This document shows, piece after piece, positions 24,002-32,000 of a stretch of 32,000 bases of DNA. Both the position numbers and the translations under genes were made by a program. The stretch lies in NCBI GenBank assembly GCA_945913285.1, contig CAMEDD010000011.1:1-32000 (forward strand), read 5' to 3'. This stretch comes from Candidatus Sulfopaludibacter sp. SbA3. Its GTDB lineage: Bacteria > Pseudomonadota > Alphaproteobacteria > Caulobacterales > Hyphomonadaceae. Positions within the stretch are counted from its first letter, which is position 1; each line of letters begins with the position of its first letter. Below the pieces are notes generated by a model. It did not search any database. It was given only the letters and a program-made list of their open reading frames with translations, and had not been told where the DNA came from.

Positions 24002-25381
24002 TCAGGGCTGGCAGGCCGGCTCGTCTTTCTTCTTCTTGCCGAACAGGCCAGCGCCCGGAATCTGGGACATCAGCGCCTCCTTCACGATGTCGCCCGCTTC
24101 CGGCGGCGGGCATTTCGGCAGGTCGCTGCCCGCATCCGCCATGCCTTCCGCAGCCATCCCGGCGGACATGTTGTCCGAGAGGTTGCCAACCATGAGGTTC
24201 GCAACCGATTTGACGCGAACCCGCGCAGTCCATTCCTGATCCCAGGCCACTTTCGGATCGGCGGGCCGCTCCGGATGCACGATGTTGAGTTCCCGCCCAT
24301 AGGCAATGCCGCGTGCGTTCACGAACATCGCATCGGCAAAGATGCCCGCCGGAATCTCGCACGATGTTTTCGACGTCGGCAGGATTGCCTTTTCCTTCAG
24401 GTGCTTTTCCTGGTTCGCATTCGAGAGATAGTTCACGAGACCGTCACCAGCTTCCGGCACTTCGGACGAGCTCCACTGCGTGAAGGTCATCTCTTCCGGT
24501 TGTCCGCCGCTTCCTTCCTTCATCGCCATGCCGCTGGCATTCACGAAATAGGCTGAGGCCTGCGCCAGGGGCGACCAGGCGAGCGTGATCACGGAGGCTT
24601 TGTCGCCGCTGGAGCCGAGCCCGAGGTCCGGCAGGAAGTCCTGCGCCGCGCGGATCGAGAAGCTGAGGCTCGCCGGCAGTCCCGCGCCCGTCACCGTATG
24701 CGTTCCCGCGAGCGAAGCATCCTTCGGCACGCGCTTGGAATTGTCCTTGTTCGGCCAGAAACTGGAATTCCGGTTCGACGTCGCACCCCGGTCGATCTCG
24801 ACCCGGGAGCGGAGCGCCTCGCCCCAGACGTCCACGCCCTTTTTGCTGTCGAACTCAATGGTCTGGACGTTCGGCTGGCCGGGGCGCACCTTCGCGCCGC
24901 AGCCCCAATAGGTCAGAATCGTGATCTTCATCTTGCCTTCGGGCGCCTCGGGCGTGGGCTCGTCGAACGGCGTACGGCCGCTGACTTTTGCCGGTGGGCG
25001 AAGCGGCAGGCTCGCGCCGAGCTTCACCGTTTTCGGGATCGCCTGATCGGCCTTCACCGTGCCGGACGTGCGCGCATCAAAGATCGCGATGTCCACCCGC
25101 TTGCCATCCTGGCCCATGTTGGCCGCGCCAAACCAGTTGTCACCATTGCCAAAGGCGCTGCCGAAGCCGGGGTCTCCGCCGCCCATCATGGCGCCGAGGC
25201 CCATCAGGCCGCCGCCCTGCATCGGTTGCCCCGTGGAGATGTCCATCCAGTAATTGACCGGCGCCGGATTGACGACCTGCTTGGCCGCACCCCCAGCGCC
25301 CTGCGCCGCCGAAGGTATCGCCAGCGCCGCCACCGCGCAGGCGGCCAATGCCAGTTTCCGAGTTGTCGATGTCGTTCCCAT
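24002..25381 (-). CDS. secreted protein of unknown function (459 aa)
   Basis: The ATG at 25381 gives MGTTSTTRKLALAACAVAALAIPSAAQG, a signal peptide. Next is a Gly/Met-rich stretch (GGGLMGLGAMMGGGDPGFGSAFGNGDNWFG), then a long mixed beta-type region and a C-terminal GKKKKDEPACQP. GC3 is high. No domain was recognised. Confidence 0.6.
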   Translation of the reverse strand: MGTTSTTRKLALAACAVAALAIPSAAQGAGGAAKQVVNPAPVNYWMDISTGQPMQGGGLMGLGAMMGGGDPGFGSAFGNGDNWFGAANMGQDGKRVDIAIFDARTSGTVKADQAIPKTVKLGASLPLRPPAKVSGRTPFDEPTPEAPEGKMKITILTYWGCGAKVRPGQPNVQTIEFDSKKGVDVWGEALRSRVEIDRGATSNRNSSFWPNKDNSKRVPKDASLAGTHTVTGAGLPASLSFSIRAAQDFLPDLGLGSSGDKASVITLAWSPLAQASAYFVNASGMAMKEGSGGQPEEMTFTQWSSSEVPEAGDGLVNYLSNANQEKHLKEKAILPTSKTSCEIPAGIFADAMFVNARGIAYGRELNIVHPERPADPKVAWDQEWTARVRVKSVANLMVGNLSDNMSAGMAAEGMADAGSDLPKCPPPEAGDIVKEALMSQIPGAGLFGKKKKDEPACQP

Positions 25382-25481
25382 GTGCGTCCACCCATGACTT
25401 ATGGTCCCCCGACCGTCCCGGCAGGAAGATAGCATGGCGGCGCTGCCTGTCACGCGGATTGGCGCACAGGCGTGGCGGGCC

Positions 25482-26606
25482 TCAGGTGAAGGCGACGTTC
25501 AGCCAGCTCGGGCGCACATAGGTCTCGCCGAGATCGCGCGCGACCAGCTTGTGGGCGATCGTGCCCTGATCGACCGTCAGGCCATTGGCCAGGTGCCGGT
25601 TCGCATTGATCGCGCCGCGCGTGCCCTTGCCCGCGATCTGCATCACGAAGGGCAGGGTGGCATTGTTCAGCGCGTAAGTCGACGTGCGCGGCACGGCGCC
25701 CGGCATGTTCGCGACGCAATAGTGAAGTATTCCGTCCACGTCATAAATCGGGTCTTCGTGCGTCGTCGCGTGGCTCGTCTCGAAACAGCCGCCCTGGTCG
25801 ATCGCAATGTCCACCAGCACTGCGCCGGGCTTCATCGTCTTCAGCTGCTCGCGGCTGACGAGCTTCGGCGCCGAAGCGCCGGGGATCAGCACGGCGCCAA
25901 TCACGAGGTCAGCCTCCTTGATCGCTTCGGCCAGCGCATGCGCGGTCGAGTACATCGTCTTGAGGCTGCCGCGGAACTGCTCGTCGAGCTGGCCGAGGCG
26001 CACATTGTTCCGGTCGAAGACGGTCACGTCCGCGCGCATGCCGACGGCGATCTCCGCTGCGTGGGTTCCGGACACGCCGCCGCCGATGATCACCACTTTC
26101 GAGGGCGCCACGCCCGGCACGCCGCCGAGCAGGATGCCGCGTCCGCGCTTCGTGCGCATCAGTGCCCAGGCCGCCAGCTGCATCGACATGCGCCCCGCCA
26201 CCTGGCTCATCGGGCGCAGCAGCGGCAGGCCGCCCTCAGCGTCGGTGACGGTTTCATAAGCGATCGCGAGGCAGCCCGATTTCATCAGGCCCTTTGCCTG
26301 CACCGGATCCGGCGCAAGGTGCAGGTAGGTGAACAGGGTATGCTCCGGCGTCAGGCGCGCGGTCTCTTCCGGCTGCGGCTCCTTCACCTTCACGATCAGT
26401 TCGCTGCCGCCGAACACCGCTGCGGCGTCCGGCGCGATCTGCGCGCCGACAGCGAGATAGGCGTCATTGTTGAAACCGGAGTTCACGCCCGCATCCGATT
26501 GCACCAGCACGCTGTGGCCCGCGCGGACCAGTTCGCCCACGCTTTCGGGTGTCAGGCCGACACGCGATTCCTGCTTCTTGATTTCGGTTGGAACGCCAAT
26601 GCGCAT
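25482..26606 (-). CDS. ald: alanine dehydrogenase
   Basis: MRIGVPTEIKKQESRVGLTPESVGELVRAGHSVLVQSDAG… is followed by the Rossmann motif VVIIGGGVSGTHAA. A GGAGAGG RBS is present. Confidence 0.9.
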   Translation of the reverse strand: MRIGVPTEIKKQESRVGLTPESVGELVRAGHSVLVQSDAGVNSGFNNDAYLAVGAQIAPDAAAVFGGSELIVKVKEPQPEETARLTPEHTLFTYLHLAPDPVQAKGLMKSGCLAIAYETVTDAEGGLPLLRPMSQVAGRMSMQLAAWALMRTKRGRGILLGGVPGVAPSKVVIIGGGVSGTHAAEIAVGMRADVTVFDRNNVRLGQLDEQFRGSLKTMYSTAHALAEAIKEADLVIGAVLIPGASAPKLVSREQLKTMKPGAVLVDIAIDQGGCFETSHATTHEDPIYDVDGILHYCVANMPGAVPRTSTYALNNATLPFVMQIAGKGTRGAINANRHLANGLTVDQGTIAHKLVARDLGETYVRPSWLNVAFT

Positions 26607-26700
26607 TGTGCCTCTCCAGGAGGAAAGTCCATGCGTATAGCGTCGCGCGCGCGCAATTTCCAGCCCTCAGCCGGCCGAACTCCCATGGCGAGCCCGCCAA

Positions 26701-26735
26701 CAGAAATCCCCCCTCCGGCGAACCGAAGGGAGGAC
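26701..26735 (-). terminator. possible terminator of the porin gene
   Basis: On the minus strand, CCUCC…(12-nt loop containing CUUCGG)…GGAGG is followed by GGGGAUUUCUGUU. The stem is short and the U-tract imperfect. Confidence 0.3.
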
Positions 26736-26782
26736 AGTGTGCCAGGCACCAGAGTGCCGGCCAAACGCTACAGATCCGTCGA

Positions 26783-27448
26783 TCAGAAGTATTTCGAGAT
26801 CATCACGACGAAGTTCTGGTCGGCCGTGTCACCTGCGATGGCGTCGTCGATGTCAGTGTCGCTGTACTTAAGCGTCAGGTCGAAGAGTTCGAAGGCGTAT
26901 GCACCGCCGAGCGACCAGTTGGTGTAGTCGCCGCCGCCGTCGAAGCTGGCATTGCCAACGCTCGCCAGACCTTTGAGCTTGTCGGTGAACGCGTAAGCGC
27001 CAGTACCTTCAACATAGGTGTTCTTGTTGTCCGGGTCGTAATAGACCGTTGCGCCGCCCGAGAGGGCGTCCGCGGTGAAGCCGAGGCCGGCCTTCAGTTC
27101 GGTAAAGTTCAGATCGTCTTCACCAGGGTAAAGATAGGTGATCACGCCAACGTCCCAGGACAGGTTCTCGGTGAAAGCGCCACGGAAGCCGCCATAGAGG
27201 TCAACTTCAATATCGGCGTCAGAGCCGTAATCGACATTCGAGGCCCAGCCACCGGCATAGAACGAGCCGTTGGTGTAATCGACGCCGGCCTGGAGGGCTG
27301 CGCCGTTGTCGGTCTGCGAGACACCCCGCCAGACATAGTCGTTCGTGACAGCGACGTTGTAGGACACTGCGCCTTGAGCTTGAGCGGTTCCCGCTGCGGC
27401 GATAAGCGCGGCGGCAAGGAGGCTGGCCCGGGAGAGATTGTTTTTCAT
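26783..27448 (-). CDS. TorF-family (TIGR02001/Gcw_chp-like) putative outer-membrane porin
   Basis: It has a signal peptide (ASLLAAALIAAAGTAQA) and N-terminal VAVTNDYVWRGVSQTDNGAALQAGVDY. It also shows alternating beta-strand periodicity and a C-terminal aromatic residue (…ISKYF). Confidence 0.75.
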   Translation of the reverse strand: MKNNLSRASLLAAALIAAAGTAQAQGAVSYNVAVTNDYVWRGVSQTDNGAALQAGVDYTNGSFYAGGWASNVDYGSDADIEVDLYGGFRGAFTENLSWDVGVITYLYPGEDDLNFTELKAGLGFTADALSGGATVYYDPDNKNTYVEGTGAYAFTDKLKGLASVGNASFDGGGDYTNWSLGGAYAFELFDLTLKYSDTDIDDAIAGDTADQNFVVMISKYF

Positions 27449-27617
27449 AAAAGAGACCTTGCTTCTGTATCCACGCTCCGGATCGAGCGGCGAGGTCAGA
27501 CGACCCCAGTCCGCGTTCGATTTCGATGGGAAGCGTAGCGTTAACTGGCCTTTTGAGCGAACTGCGCCGGGCTTTTGGGCAGGCCGGATGCGGCATGCCC
27601 GTGCTTTGTGCGATGCA

Positions 27618-27646
27618 GCGAATCCACACTTGTGTGGCAGATTCGC
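27618..27646. other. stem-loop between the SDR stop and the porin gene
   Basis: GCGAATC-CACAC-TT-GTGTG-(GCA)-GATTCGC gives 7+4-5 bp with a bulge, 15 nt past the SDR stop. No U-tract is present. Confidence 0.3.
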
Positions 27647-27660
27647 AACAAAAAGCAGGC

Positions 27661-28476
27661 TCAGCGCGCGACCAGCGGTGCATACCCCAGATGTAGGCCC
27701 GCATCCACGAGCAAAGTCTCGCCGGTGACGTGCCGGGAGGCGTCCGTCAGGAAGAAAACGGCAGAGTCGGCAACGTCATCCGGACCGCTGGCGACGTTCA
27801 GGGGAACCGACGCCGCCACGCCAGCTTCCATTTTCGCGTATTGCTCCGGGCTCATCTCGTCCTTGAACCACCGTGTGCCGATAAAGCCAGGGCAGATCGC
27901 GTTGACGCGGATCGCCGGGGCCAGCGCCCGCGCAAGGCTCAGCGTCATCGTGTTCAGCGCGCCCTTGGTGGCTGCATAGGCGACCGACGAGCCGATCCCG
28001 GTGACGCCGGCGATCGACGAAACGTTCAGCACGGCCGAAGCGCGGCCGGTCTGGCGGTGCGCCTCGACGAGCAGCGGCTTCACCTTCTGGAGCATCAGGA
28101 ACGGCCCCGCCACGTTCACCGCATAGGTGTGCAGGAAGTCTTCGCGGCTCAGGGCGTCGAGGTCCGAATGATCGCGCGCATGCTTGGTGATCCCGGCATT
28201 GTTGACGAGGATGTCGAGGCGTCCCCCTTGCGCCGCCGCTTCGGCGAGTCTCGCGCTGCCTTCATCCGTCGAGACATCGGCCTGAACCAGCCGGGCCTGC
28301 GCGCCCACCTTCTGGCAGTCGGCGACCGTCGCCTCGGCGTCCGCGACCGACTTGGTGCAGTTGATGATGACGCTGGCGCCCCGCTCGGCGAGCCGCAGGG
28401 CGATCGAGCGGCCAAGGCCGGTTGCCGATCCCGTCACAAGCGCATGTCGGCCTTCAAGGTCCTTGGGCTCATTCAT
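27661..28476 (-). CDS. SDR-family oxidoreductase (FabG-like)
   Basis: ALVTGSATGLGRSIA (TGxxxGxG), NNAG, and the catalytic S…YAATKGAL (YxxxK) are present. A GGGAGGAAAATC RBS precedes the ATG. Confidence 0.9.
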   Translation of the reverse strand: MNEPKDLEGRHALVTGSATGLGRSIALRLAERGASVIINCTKSVADAEATVADCQKVGAQARLVQADVSTDEGSARLAEAAAQGGRLDILVNNAGITKHARDHSDLDALSREDFLHTYAVNVAGPFLMLQKVKPLLVEAHRQTGRASAVLNVSSIAGVTGIGSSVAYAATKGALNTMTLSLARALAPAIRVNAICPGFIGTRWFKDEMSPEQYAKMEAGVAASVPLNVASGPDDVADSAVFFLTDASRHVTGETLLVDAGLHLGYAPLVAR

Positions 28477-28607
28477 GATTTTCCTCCCGCCGCGTATGAT
28501 TTGTCTGGCATTGTATTAGCGCGGCGTATCCTGGAGTGTCTATCGGCGCGCACGCGATACGAGAGTGAACCCCCGGCTTGTAAGCAACCGGCAAGAAGGC
28601 AAAAAGT

Positions 28608-28623
28608 GTCAATATAGATTGAC
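28608..28623. promoter_or_regulatory. perfect AT-rich palindrome GTCAAT-ATAG-ATTGAC upstream of the BLUF gene
   Basis: 6-bp arms with a 4-bp spacer, ending 11 nt before the BLUF TTG start. It lies in the divergent SDR/BLUF intergenic region and is conspicuous in a GC-rich background. Confidence 0.35.
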
Positions 28624-28634
28624 GGATTCGTATC

Positions 28635-29132
28635 TTGGATGGTCTCTTTCGCCTCGTCTACGTCAGTACGGCCCAACCGGGCCTGACCGACCATGACGTC
28701 GAACGGCTGCTCAACGAGTCCCAATCCAATAACAACGAACGCTTCATCACGGGATACCTGGTCCATAACGGCCAGAATTTCATGCAGCTGATCGAGGGAC
28801 CGCATGACGAAGTGAACGACCTCTATGCCCGCATCCTGCGTGACCGGCGCCACACCGGCGTCGTAAGGATCATGGCCGAATGGGCAGAGCGGCGTGCCTT
28901 CCCGAACTGGTCGATGAACTATTTCCGGGTCGATATGCACGGCTCGGTGGGCATGATGATCGCGCGGCAGGCGGACTCACTCGATACGCTTATGGACGCT
29001 CATGTTCCGCGTGAGCTGCTCCACCTCTTCACCAAGTTCATCCAGCAGACCGAGTATCCGGAACCACGCGGAGATCACCCGGCGGGCAACGTGATCCAGC
29101 GGAGCCGTGAGCAACACGATCCCCGCGAGTAG
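28635..29132 (+). CDS. short BLUF-domain blue-light photoreceptor (FAD-binding) with a ~65-aa C-terminal extension
   Basis: LFRLVYVSTA…ESQSNNNERFITGYLVHNGQNFMQLIEGPHDEVNDLYARILRDRRH…FPNWSM carries the BLUF Tyr, Asn, Gln and Trp/Met positions. An in-frame TGA at 28620-28622 leaves TTG 28635 as the only standard start codon that keeps strand beta-1. Confidence 0.8.
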   Translation: MDGLFRLVYVSTAQPGLTDHDVERLLNESQSNNNERFITGYLVHNGQNFMQLIEGPHDEVNDLYARILRDRRHTGVVRIMAEWAERRAFPNWSMNYFRVDMHGSVGMMIARQADSLDTLMDAHVPRELLHLFTKFIQQTEYPEPRGDHPAGNVIQRSREQHDPRE

Positions 29133-29149
29133 GCCTGCCTGCTCGGTCG

Positions 29150-30361
29150 TTATTCTGCGTCCACCGCCGCCTGTACCGACTTGTAGAATGCCTTGCGTTC
29201 CTCGAACTCACCGTCCCTCAGGCCGAGCGCGGTTGTCCAGTTGGCGTTGGACGCAATCACCAGACGGCGCGCGGGGTCGATGAAGATGCCCTGTCCGAAA
29301 ATGCCGTCGGCCTCGAAGGCGCCCGCGTCCTTGGTCCACCACTGGAACCCGTAGCCTTCACCGGCCAAGCCATAATCGGCCTGCTTCAACGTCGCGGTTG
29401 CCAGCCAGTCCGCCGGCACGACAGGCCCAGCGGGCGTTGCGGCGCCGTCCAGGATGAACTGCCCGAATCGGGCGAAATCGCGCGTGGTTGCCTGTATGCA
29501 GCAACCGCTGATCTCATGCCCGTCCGCGCCGAGCAGCCAACTGGCATCCTGTTCCATGCCGAAGGGCGCCCAGATTTTCTCTGACAGGTAATCGGCCACC
29601 GTCTTGCCAGTCGCAGAGCTCACCAGCACGCCGATGAGATTTGTCTCGCCGGTGGAGTAGTTCCACACTTCGCCTGGCGGATGCGCCCGCCCAAGGCTGC
29701 GCATGTAAGATACCGTGCCGTTCACGCCGGGCCCGGGCACATGCAGGTCGAATTGCGCAACGTTGGAGTTCGGGTCTTCATAATCCTCGTTCCAGGCCAC
29801 GCCCGAGGTCATCGTAAGCAGCTGATCGATGGTCACATCGTCATAGGGCGAGCCCTTGAGATCGGGGATGTAGGTGCTGACCTTGTCACTGAGGCTGTTG
29901 ATATGGCCGTCGGCAATCGCGGCGCCGACCAGGGTCGAGGTCAGCGATTTTGCCACCGAGAAACTGGTCCAGCGGCCATGATCGGTAAAGTCGTTGCCAT
30001 AGCGCTCCAGCCGGATCTTGCCGTCCTGCACGATGATCAGTGCGGCGGCGTTCTGGCTTTCCATGTAGGCATCAAGGTTAATCGTTGCGCCGAGATCGAG
30101 GGAGGCGCCTTCGGGCAGGGGATGGACTGCCGCGCCTTTCTTGATGGGCCGCGATTCGATGATCAGCGGCAGCCGGTCCATCATCCGGAACGCGGCGTCG
30201 CGTTGCGGCACGGACCAGAACAATACGCCGCGGCCCTCGGGCGGATGGGACGCCAGCGCCCGCCAGTCCGGCCCGATGAGCATCCAGCCCGCGCCCCCCG
30301 TAATCACGAGCGCGGCCAACACGGTGCCGATCCGGCGCAGCCAACGGTTTGACGTGCTCAT
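29150..30361 (-). CDS. serine hydrolase, beta-lactamase/transpeptidase-like fold (membrane-anchored or secreted)
   Basis: It has an N-terminal anchor (IGTVLAALVITGGAGWMLI) and an SxxK motif (FSVAKSLTS). I prefer the ATG at 30361, preceded by AGGGGG. The track ORF starts at a TTG at 30379. Confidence 0.8.
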   Translation of the reverse strand: MSTSNRWLRRIGTVLAALVITGGAGWMLIGPDWRALASHPPEGRGVLFWSVPQRDAAFRMMDRLPLIIESRPIKKGAAVHPLPEGASLDLGATINLDAYMESQNAAALIIVQDGKIRLERYGNDFTDHGRWTSFSVAKSLTSTLVGAAIADGHINSLSDKVSTYIPDLKGSPYDDVTIDQLLTMTSGVAWNEDYEDPNSNVAQFDLHVPGPGVNGTVSYMRSLGRAHPPGEVWNYSTGETNLIGVLVSSATGKTVADYLSEKIWAPFGMEQDASWLLGADGHEISGCCIQATTRDFARFGQFILDGAATPAGPVVPADWLATATLKQADYGLAGEGYGFQWWTKDAGAFEADGIFGQGIFIDPARRLVIASNANWTTALGLRDGEFEERKAFYKSVQAAVDAE

Positions 30362-30518
30362 GAACTGTGCCCCCTGCAATCCAGCTAGGCTGGCACCTTA
30401 AACCGGCCCGGCCATCCGGCAAGGACAGGGCCTCAAATTGCCGGAGCGGCAAGCATGGACAAGGCGGCAGACCCGGCTTAACTGCGGCAGGTTTTTGTTT
30501 GAGGGGCTGCCGGGGCGT

Positions 30519-32000
30519 ATGTTCAGCAAGATTTTGATTGCCAACCGAGGCGAGATCGCCGTTCGCGTCATCAAGACGTGCCGGCGGATGGGCATCAAGA
30601 CCGTGGTGGTCTATTCGGATGCCGACGCGAACTCGATGGCGGTCGAGATGGCCGACGAGTCGGTCTATATCGGCGGCTCTCCCGCGGCGCAGTCCTACCT
30701 CGTGCAGGACAAGATCATCGCTGCCGTGCGCCAGACCGGCGCCGAAGCGATCCACCCGGGCTTCGGCTTCCTGTCGGAAAACCCCGCCTTCGCCAAACGC
30801 CTCGAAGCCGAGAAGATCGGCTGGATCGGCCCGAACGCCTTCGCCATCGACGCGATGGGCGACAAGATCAGCTCAAAGAAACTCGCCGCCGAAGCCGGCG
30901 TGTCCACCGTGCCCGGCCATATGGGCCTGATCGAGGACACGAAAGAGGCGGTCAAGATCTCGAACGAGATCGGCTACCCCGTGATGATCAAGGCCTCGGC
31001 TGGCGGCGGCGGCAAGGGCATCCGCGTCGCCTATAATGACAAGGAAACCGAAGAGGGCTTCCCCGCCGTGAAGGCCGAAGCCAAGGCCGCCTTCGGCGAC
31101 GACCGCGTCTTTATCGAGAAATTCATCCTTGAGCCGCGCCACATCGAAATCCAGGTGCTCGGCGACAAGCACGGCAACTGCATCTACCTCAACGAGCGCG
31201 AGTGCTCGATCCAGCGCCGCAACCAGAAGGTCATCGAGGAAGCACCGTCGCCCCTGCTCGATCCGGAAACACGCAAGAAGATGGGCGAGCAGGCCGTCGC
31301 CCTCGCCAAGGCCGTGAAGTATGACAGCGCCGGCACCGTCGAGTTCGTCGCCTCCGGCAAGGACAAGGGCTTCTACTTCCTCGAAATGAACACCCGCCTG
31401 CAGGTGGAGCACCCAGTCACGGAAATGATCACCGGTGTTGATCTCGTCGAACAGATGCTGCGCGTCGCCTATAGCGAGAAGCTCAAGATCAAGCAGTCGG
31501 ACGTCAAGATCAACGGCTGGGCGGTCGAGAGCCGTGTGTACGCAGAAGATCCCTACCGCAACTTCCTGCCATCCATTGGCCGCCTCAAGCGCTTCCATCC
31601 GCCCGCGGAAGGAAAGCTCGGCGAGGGCGAAGTCCGTATGGATTCGGGCGTGCGCGAGGGCGACGAGATTTCCATGTTCTATGACCCGATGATCGCCAAG
31701 CTTATCACCTGGGGCAAGGACCGCGACACCGCCCTTGATGTGCACGGCGAAGCGCTCGACCGCTTCCACATCGAAGGCATCCAGGACAACATCCCGTTCA
31801 TCGCCGCCGTGATGGACGAGAAGCGCTTCCGATCCGGCAACATCACCACCGCCTATATCAAGGACGAGTTCCCCGAAGGCTTCCAGGGCGTTGCGCCCAC
31901 GAAGATGCAGGAAACGCAGCTCGTCTGCGCCGCCGCCTACGTCCACACCTTCTGTGACCGCCGCGCCGGCCGCATCTCCGGCCGCGTTGCGCCGGCCGGC
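30519..32000 (+). CDS. pccA: biotin carboxylase subunit of an acyl-CoA carboxylase, propionyl-CoA carboxylase alpha-like (3' end outside the window)
   Basis: It is not in the ORF track because it has no stop in the window. The frame from the ATG at 30519 reads MFSKILIANRGEIAVRVIKTCRRMGIKTVVVYSDAD…GYPVMIKASAGGGGKGIRV…YFLEMNTRLQVEHPVTE…, open for 494 codons to the window end. Confidence 0.9.
   Translation, partial: MFSKILIANRGEIAVRVIKTCRRMGIKTVVVYSDADANSMAVEMADESVYIGGSPAAQSYLVQDKIIAAVRQTGAEAIHPGFGFLSENPAFAKRLEAEKIGWIGPNAFAIDAMGDKISSKKLAAEAGVSTVPGHMGLIEDTKEAVKISNEIGYPVMIKASAGGGGKGIRVAYNDKETEEGFPAVKAEAKAAFGDDRVFIEKFILEPRHIEIQVLGDKHGNCIYLNERECSIQRRNQKVIEEAPSPLLDPETRKKMGEQAVALAKAVKYDSAGTVEFVASGKDKGFYFLEMNTRLQVEHPVTEMITGVDLVEQMLRVAYSEKLKIKQSDVKINGWAVESRVYAEDPYRNFLPSIGRLKRFHPPAEGKLGEGEVRMDSGVREGDEISMFYDPMIAKLITWGKDRDTALDVHGEALDRFHIEGIQDNIPFIAAVMDEKRFRSGNITTAYIKDEFPEGFQGVAPTKMQETQLVCAAAYVHTFCDRRAGRISGRVAPAG

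Noticed and set aside
26607-26782. Riboswitch (e.g. glycine-type) in the ald 5' region, suggested by CUCUGG and CCUUCGG-like strings
   Set aside because: The conserved glycine-riboswitch cores (…CACCGAAGGGGCAA…) are not present. The structures are better explained as the terminator of the upstream porin gene.
1-32000. CRISPR arrays, IS elements, transposases, integrases, prophage or defence-system genes
   Set aside because: No spaced direct-repeat array, terminal inverted repeats, or DDE, tyrosine-recombinase, or typical defence (RM, TA, Abi, CBASS-like) motifs were recognised on either strand.

Overview
GC-rich, strongly GC3-biased chromosomal window. It reads like a Caulobacterales/Hyphomonadaceae-type alphaproteobacterium: sciP sits next to a fliF-fliG-flbE/fliH-fliN block, and thrB is linked to rnhA. 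I recognise about 33 protein-coding genes or gene remnants and one tRNA-Leu(UAA). I saw no rRNA, CRISPR array, transposase or integrase. Most content is housekeeping or metabolic: phhA, rnhA, thrB, map, cspA, ald, thiolase, enoyl-CoA hydratase, the 5' part of pccA, two tandem MFS paralogues, a DASS transporter, two beta-lactamase-fold serine hydrolases, an amidohydrolase, an SDR and a TorF-type porin.

Four things stand out.
1. A translationally coupled flagellar basal-body module follows sciP. The protein in the FliF position is only 224 aa, with two TM helices, one ring-building-motif-like domain and a FliG-binding-like tail. FliG and FliN look intact.
2. Several genes kept both termini but lost their middle or their frame: an ABC-F ATPase, a YgiD-type dioxygenase and a pirin. 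A thioredoxin-like lipoprotein gene has three in-frame stops and no frameshift, and its start overlaps the map stop.
3. A short BLUF blue-light sensor has a forced TTG start, with an AT-rich perfect palindrome just upstream.
4. A 459-aa secreted protein and an ~870-bp poorly explained gap upstream of sciP.

All homology statements come from motif recognition by eye. No database search or computation was run. The many long antisense ORFs in the track are treated as high-GC shadow ORFs.
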